A stretch of DNA of 64,000 nucleotides from an uncultured Bacillales bacterium (GTDB lineage: Bacteria > Bacillota_I > Bacilli_A > RF39 > UBA660). A model generated the notes under the pieces. The model was not told the origin of the DNA. It made no database searches and worked only from the letters and a program-made list of their open reading frames with translations. Position numbers and translations under genes: made by a program. The stretch covers positions 44,212 through 108,211 of the forward strand of contig CANOYR010000002.1 of NCBI GenBank assembly GCA_947571655.1. The letters are read 5' to 3'. Below are positions 59,206 to 64,000 of this stretch, one piece after another; positions within the stretch are counted from its first letter, which is position 1; each line of letters starts with the position of its first letter.

Positions 59206-60282
59206 GCCTCAATGAATTGATCTATCTCTCCATCTAAAACTTTTGTAACGTTACTTGTTTCATAATTGGTTCGATGATCTTTTACCATAGAATAGGGATG
59301 CATTACATAACTTCGAATTTGAGAGCCAAATTCAATATTTTGATATTTTCCTTTGACTTTGTTTAATTCTTGTTCTTTTTTTTCTTGTTCTAAAACATAG
59401 AGTTTCGCTTTTAGCATTTTCATCGCTTGCTCTTTGTTTTGAATCTGACTTCGTTCATTTTGACAGGTTACAACAATTTTGGTCGGTAAATGAGTAATTC
59501 GAACAGCACTATCTGTTGTATTGACCCCTTGTCCTCCACATCCACTCGAACGATAAACGTCTATTTTTAAATCTTTTTCATTAATTTCTACATTTATAGT
59601 ATTATCAAATTCTGGAATTATATCAATAGAAGCGAAAGAAGTGTGTCTTTTGTTCGCCGCATCAAATGGGGACAGTCGAACTAACCGATGAACACCTTTT
59701 TCAAATTTTAAATAACCATAGGCGTTTGTTCCAGTTACCCGAATGGAGGCACTTTTGATTCCTGCTTCCTCTCCATCTAAATAATCAATAATTTCTGTTT
59801 TATACCCTTTTTTCTCGCAATATCTTAAGTACATTCGATATAGCATCATGGCCCAATCACAGGCTTCTGTCCCACCAGCTCCTGAGTGCACTTCTAAAAT
59901 GCAATTATTTTTATCATATGGTCCATTTAGTAAAAGTAAGACGGATAGTTTTTCAAGTTTTTGCTGAATCTCTTTTGCTATTCCTTCAATTTCCTGTTCT
60001 AACAATTCATCTTTTTCATTCATTAAGAGTTCTAACATCTCAATATTATTTTGGTTTTCTTCTTTTAGTTGAACTAACTCGGCAATCTCTTTTCTTAATG
60101 TGTTTATTTCTGACAGAATTTTATCGGCTTCATTTTTATTATTCCAAAAATCAGGCTCATTCATTTGATTTTCTTTTTGTTTCAATTGCTCTTGTTTATT
60201 ATCAACGTCAAAGTGACCTCCATAAGTCGTTAATTTCTTTTTGATTTTCTTCTAGTATCTTTTTTAACTCATTTCTTTCCAT
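59187..60282 (-). CDS. prfB: peptide chain release factor 2, with programmed +1 ribosomal frameshift (join 60211..60282 and 59187..60209 on minus strand)
   Basis: Frame 0: ATG at 60282 encodes MERNELKKILEENQKEINDLWRSL then in-frame TGA. Classical shift site TGG AGG TCA CTT TGA C with SD-like GGAGG. The +1 frame continues DVDNKQEQ... into the 332-aa ORF containing the SPF, GGQ and methylated-Q region. Confidence 0.85.
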
Positions 60283-60394
60283 CTTATATATGCTCCTTAT
60301 TTTTCACTGTTTTTCTATTTTATTATATCATGACTATTTTTTGTACCAAAGAAAAAGTTCCATTTATCTTATGAAACTTTCATATTTTTATATT

Positions 60395-60823
60395 TTAATT
60401 ATAGATTTTTGTTTTTTCTTGCAACTCTAACTCTTGGTTATATTCTTGATTTATTCTATCTATAATATTTATTATATCCTCGCTTGTGAGATTACCATTT
60501 ATAGCTCTTTCTAATTCATCCTTTGTTAGCATTGATTCAATGGTTCCAACTAGCTCTATTTCATTTACAATTCTTACAAGATTTCCTGCTTCATTGCATT
60601 TTTGATTATCTGTTAATATTTCCCCATTCATGACATTTTTATAATGATTGTGTCCAGCATTTTTTGAAGTAAGTTTTAAAATCGTATAGTCTCCATCCAC
60701 ATTAGCTATAAATGTTTTAGCTAATATTGTCTCTTGTAATACATATTCCTTTTCCCCACATCCTGTAAGTATTGTCATCATTCCTAGTATGGCAGTTGTA
60801 AATCTTAAATTTTTTAACTTCAT
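60395..60823 (-). CDS. lipoprotein (142 aa)
   Basis: Signal peptide with lipobox ILTGC. Confidence 0.55.
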   Translation of the reverse strand: MKLKNLRFTTAILGMMTILTGCGEKEYVLQETILAKTFIANVDGDYTILKLTSKNAGHNHYKNVMNGEILTDNQKCNEAGNLVRIVNEIELVGTIESMLTKDELERAINGNLTSEDIINIIDRINQEYNQELELQEKTKIYN

Positions 60824-60868
60824 ATTTCCCCCTAGAATTTGCTATTATACTACCACATTCTATTTTTT

Positions 60869-61672
60869 TTAGTCAATTCCTTTTATTTTTTGAATTAGAT
60901 CTGTGTAGCACTTTTCTTTTACTTCTGGGGTTCCAAGCTTTGATTCAAATAATGTACCATGGTAATCACTTCCTCCAGTTTCTATTAAATGGTACCTTTT
61001 AGCAACTTTATGATATTTTTTTATATTTTGATCTGCATAATATACTTCTATTCCATCAACTCCATAAGAAATGATTTCTTCAACTATATCATCAGATAAG
61101 TGTAGCGGATGAGCAAGTACAGTAATCGCATGATTTCTTTTTAATAAATTGATTCCATCTTCGGTTGTTAATCTGTCAATTTCTACATAGGCAGGAGAAT
61201 CATCGTTTAAAAATTTTTCGAATACCTCCTCGTAACTATATCCATATTTCTCACTAATGGCTCTTGCGATATGAGGACGTGCAATAACTCCATGGCTATT
61301 TTTTCTGACAGTTTCATAATCAATTTCTAGGTGAAAATATTCTTTTAAAGCAATTAGTATTTTTTTGATTCTTTTTTCTCTTTTTTCTTTTATCTGAACT
61401 AAGTAGGTTCTTAATTCATCAATTTGAGGGAATGGCTTTTTAAAATATCCTAAAATATGAACAGATTTCCCATGAAGATAAGTCGATAATTCGATTCCAG
61501 GAATCACTGGATAATCTGTCTTTAGATTTTGATATTCATCTACTCCCTGAACAGTATCATGATCTGTTAATGCAAATGTATCAATTTTGTTTTTTTTAGC
61601 TTCTTTAATTAATTCTGATACAGACATTGTTCCATCTGAGTTATTTGAATGAACGTGTAAATCTACTTTCAT
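60869..61672 (-). CDS. PHP-domain metal-dependent phosphoesterase (TrpH/YcdX-like)
   Basis: MKVDLHVHSNNSDGT...ALTDHD motif. Confidence 0.75.
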   Translation of the reverse strand: MKVDLHVHSNNSDGTMSVSELIKEAKKNKIDTFALTDHDTVQGVDEYQNLKTDYPVIPGIELSTYLHGKSVHILGYFKKPFPQIDELRTYLVQIKEKREKRIKKILIALKEYFHLEIDYETVRKNSHGVIARPHIARAISEKYGYSYEEVFEKFLNDDSPAYVEIDRLTTEDGINLLKRNHAITVLAHPLHLSDDIVEEIISYGVDGIEVYYADQNIKKYHKVAKRYHLIETGGSDYHGTLFESKLGTPEVKEKCYTDLIQKIKGID

Positions 61673-61827
61673 ATTATCACCTGTTTTTTTATTATATCAT
61701 TAAAGTCTTTAAAACTATAAGAATTTAAATTCATTTTGTACTTTGATTCTATTCTTTCTATTTAGAAAATTTTGATTTTTTAGTGAATTTATGTTATAAT
61801 ATGAAATATTTTGAAAGGAGTAATTTT

Positions 61828-62565
61828 ATGTCTTTACTTTCTAATTTACAATTAGAAGAGTTATTGTTTTTAAAAGAATTGATTGAGAATAAGGAGTTGC
61901 AAGAAGAATTAAATCAACTTCTAGAAATCAAAGAGAATCAAAGTATGTTTCCAAGTGAATATCAAAGTAATCGCTTGCCAGAATATTATGAACAATACAA
62001 AGAACAATGCTCTTATTTATTATCCCAATTAACAGCAGATGATGTACCATTTGTTCCATTATGTGCTTATATGGATTCTGGAAATAATAAGGGTGGATGG
62101 TTTTGTATGCAGGAAAAGCATGCTTACTACTCTGCTCAAAACAATATTGGGTATTTAGAACATTTTTTTGATGAAAATGATAAAAATATATATTTATATG
62201 AGGGAACTTATAATACACTAAATTATTTAAGAACAGCTATTTGTATCGCATTAAAGGATGGAAAGACAATTGAATGTAAAAAAGATTTAATGAAAGATCA
62301 AGAGGAAAAACGAGAAATTGCGACTAAGGCATTAAGTCAAATTGCAAAAGAACTTTTATTTCTTAGAGAATCCGTTCCAAACAGTAGACTTTCAATTACT
62401 AATCAGGGTTTGTCAAGAATGGCAAAGAAGACGTCTGCATCACTCAGTCGCTATCAAAAATTATTTATTGATGCTATCGCTTTTGGAAGTAATTTGGAAA
62501 ATTTAAAGGATGGAAATTATAATGAAGCAAAGAGATTGCTATTCGTTCCCCAATCCAAAAGATAA
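61828..62565 (+). CDS. hypothetical protein (245 aa)
   Basis: Start placed at MSLLSNLQ after RBS AAAGGAG (the ORF track starts 15 codons upstream); no family recognised. Confidence 0.5.
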   Translation: MSLLSNLQLEELLFLKELIENKELQEELNQLLEIKENQSMFPSEYQSNRLPEYYEQYKEQCSYLLSQLTADDVPFVPLCAYMDSGNNKGGWFCMQEKHAYYSAQNNIGYLEHFFDENDKNIYLYEGTYNTLNYLRTAICIALKDGKTIECKKDLMKDQEEKREIATKALSQIAKELLFLRESVPNSRLSITNQGLSRMAKKTSASLSRYQKLFIDAIAFGSNLENLKDGNYNEAKRLLFVPQSKR

Positions 62566-62684
62566 GAAAAATCTTGAAATAATTTTTTTATATAGAGTAA
62601 TATCCTAGTTTTATATCATCTTTGCTTTTTTAACAAACGTGCTAAAACTTGATTATACTATTCAAACTTTTAGGAGGAAGAACT

Positions 62685-63641
62685 ATGCAATCAATTATTG
62701 TTAATTATCATCTATTTTCTGACAAATTGAATCAATCACAAAGGATTGTTTTAATCTCTGATATTCATGATATTTTTACTAATAAAAAAATCGCAAAGCA
62801 GTTGATTCGTGATATCAATGATTTGAAGTCTCATCATGTTGCTATTGCTGGAGATACAATGCAAGGAAATAAGTATGGAAATGCTAAAAAATGTAAACAA
62901 CTATCCTATTTTTTAGATGCATTATCTGAAGCACAGCCTGTTGTCTTATCTCTGGGCAACCATGATTTGGTTGGCCTAACAGAAGAGGGTCGGAAAAACT
63001 TTAGAAATCTAGGAGATTATTATAATAATGTATATCCTCTCGATAACCAAACTTTGATTCTTGATGATTTCCGTATTTCTGGTTTCTCCACTGGAAGAGG
63101 GGCTTATGCATCTTCTAATCATTCGAGTGGAAAAGCAAATCAGCTATTTACAGAGGATTGGAATCATTCTGGAATTGAAGTAGATTCCGATAGTCCTTTT
63201 TTTGAAGAACTTGTTGGACATGCTCCCCATCCTCTTGCAAGTGATTATGTTGGAAGGGAAGCTTCTGGAATTCGTAACTTCGATCTTTACTTAACGGGAC
63301 ATCTGCATGATGGGTATGTACCTTACTGGTATAAGAAAAAACATTTAGATTCTATTCATGATCGTGGCATATGGGAAATGCCAATCGAAAAAGATATTCA
63401 TGGCAAAATCACAGCCATTCGTCCTTGGATTTATACTCCAACTCATTTATGTAGAGGTGTTCACTTTATAGGAGACGGTAGAATTATATTAGAAAATGGT
63501 ACTGTAGTTCAAAATATAATTCCATCTACTGAGCATTCTGTTCCTTTAGTTATATCTGGTGGAGTCAATAAACTTTTTAGTCTTCCTTCTCATCCAGAAA
63601 TCACTTGTATTGATATTCATCCAAAAGTAAAACAGATCTAA
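62685..63641 (+). CDS. calcineurin-like metallophosphoesterase
   Basis: Motifs DIHD, GDTMQG, GNHD, GHLHDG; start at MQSIIV after RBS AGGAGGAAG. Confidence 0.7.
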   Translation: MQSIIVNYHLFSDKLNQSQRIVLISDIHDIFTNKKIAKQLIRDINDLKSHHVAIAGDTMQGNKYGNAKKCKQLSYFLDALSEAQPVVLSLGNHDLVGLTEEGRKNFRNLGDYYNNVYPLDNQTLILDDFRISGFSTGRGAYASSNHSSGKANQLFTEDWNHSGIEVDSDSPFFEELVGHAPHPLASDYVGREASGIRNFDLYLTGHLHDGYVPYWYKKKHLDSIHDRGIWEMPIEKDIHGKITAIRPWIYTPTHLCRGVHFIGDGRIILENGTVVQNIIPSTEHSVPLVISGGVNKLFSLPSHPEITCIDIHPKVKQI

Positions 63642-63669
63642 TAGATTTTGACTTTTACTTTGTTTTTTT

Positions 63670-63695
63670 CCACAGTTTCTGTGGATTTTTTTATT
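63670..63695 (+). terminator. terminator: perfect palindrome CCACAG-TTT-CTGTGG followed by ATTTTTTTATTT
   Basis: Read directly; the palindrome matches the gap-upstream repeat family. Confidence 0.55.
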
Positions 63696-63757
63696 TAATA
63701 AAAAAAAACTTATTTTTTCACAAGTTCTGTTCATATTTTTTTACTTTCATACGCCTT

Positions 63758-64000
63758 CTATATCATACTACACATATAAATTCCATAGAGAATGATTAAA
63801 AAGATGCCCTTTTTCCTATCTAATTCACTTTTTTTACTGACTGTTTCAATAAGTTGTAGTAGAATCGTAGATGCCATTAGAATCCAGATACTGGCATTAA
63901 AATTGGTTGTAAAAGTTAGAGGATGAATGAGTGCTCCAAGCCCAATCAACAAACATATATTTATAATGTTGGATCCTGAAATATTTCCTAGTAATAAATC
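63758..64000 (-). CDS. Na+/Ca2+ exchanger (CaCA family) membrane protein, C-terminal part; N-terminus lies beyond the window end
   Basis: Minus-strand translation continues upstream of the ORF-track start, through ...ISGSNIINICLLIGLGALIHPLTF... to the window edge. It resembles the GSNIFNILL alpha-2 repeat motif of YrbG-like exchangers. Confidence 0.55.
   Translation of the reverse strand, partial: DLLLGNISGSNIINICLLIGLGALIHPLTFTTNFNASIWILMASTILLQLIETVSKKSELDRKKGIFLIILYGIYMCSMI

Noticed and set aside
63546-63734. 62-aa minus-strand ORF overlapping the 3' end of the metallophosphoesterase gene
   Set aside because: Overlaps a supported gene and a terminator; Lys/Asn-rich low-complexity product.
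1-64000. CRISPR arrays, rRNA genes, IS elements with terminal inverted repeats
   Set aside because: Scanned for regularly spaced direct repeats and rRNA-like GC-rich blocks and found none. The only transposition-related genes are the int/xis of the integrated element.

Overview
Low-GC (~30%) Firmicutes chromosome segment from a spore-former lineage: Spo0A, WhiA and YvcK are present. Positions 1-15.1 kb carry the conserved S10-spc-alpha ribosomal protein superoperon on the minus strand, rpsJ through rplQ in canonical order. It includes secY-adk-map-infA-rpmJ-rpsM-rpsK-rpoA-rplQ, has no rpmD/L30 between rpsE and rplO, and ends with a gpmI terminator and an S10 promoter and leader. Positions 15-29 kb hold housekeeping genes: scattered glycolytic genes gpmI, tpiA, pgk and gap interleaved with spo0A, a DUF4143 ATPase and a GT4 glycosyltransferase plus a UPF0104 membrane protein; then an NrtR-like NUDIX regulator-tdk operon, a TGS-uridine-kinase-like protein and clpP. 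Positions 29-47.5 kb: Fic, whiA, yvcK, a TPM/LemA pair, trxB, lgt, uvrA, uvrB, a small radical SAM/SPASM-like gene with two hypotheticals, a GH3 hexosaminidase-like protein, and the FtsE-FtsX-M23 coiled-coil peptidase (PcsB/EnvC-like) division module. The most notable feature is a compact, AT-rich ~9.6 kb integrated element at ~47.68-57.32 kb, inserted between tandem yitT paralogs and the ftsE promoter region. It encodes a Tn916-type tyrosine integrase and Xis, a CRESS-virus-like HUH-endonuclease/SF3-helicase Rep and a split FtsK/TcpA-like motor (membrane part and ATPase as separate ORFs). It also carries a sigma-70 family factor with a long C-terminal extension, a class B sortase with a cognate surface protein bearing a noncanonical NAQTS-type sorting signal, and an XRE regulator, flanked by ~28-bp imperfect direct repeats (candidate att). 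Other notable points are a regularly spaced array of CCACA-N5-TGTGG palindromes (DnaA-box-like ATATCCACA cores) upstream of gap, putative tandem 0A boxes upstream of spo0A, and a 58-aa unannotated membrane ORF between tpiA and spo0A. There is also a palindromic operator inside the NrtR promoter, and prfB with the classical CTT TGA C programmed +1 frameshift. No rRNA, tRNA or CRISPR arrays were seen.
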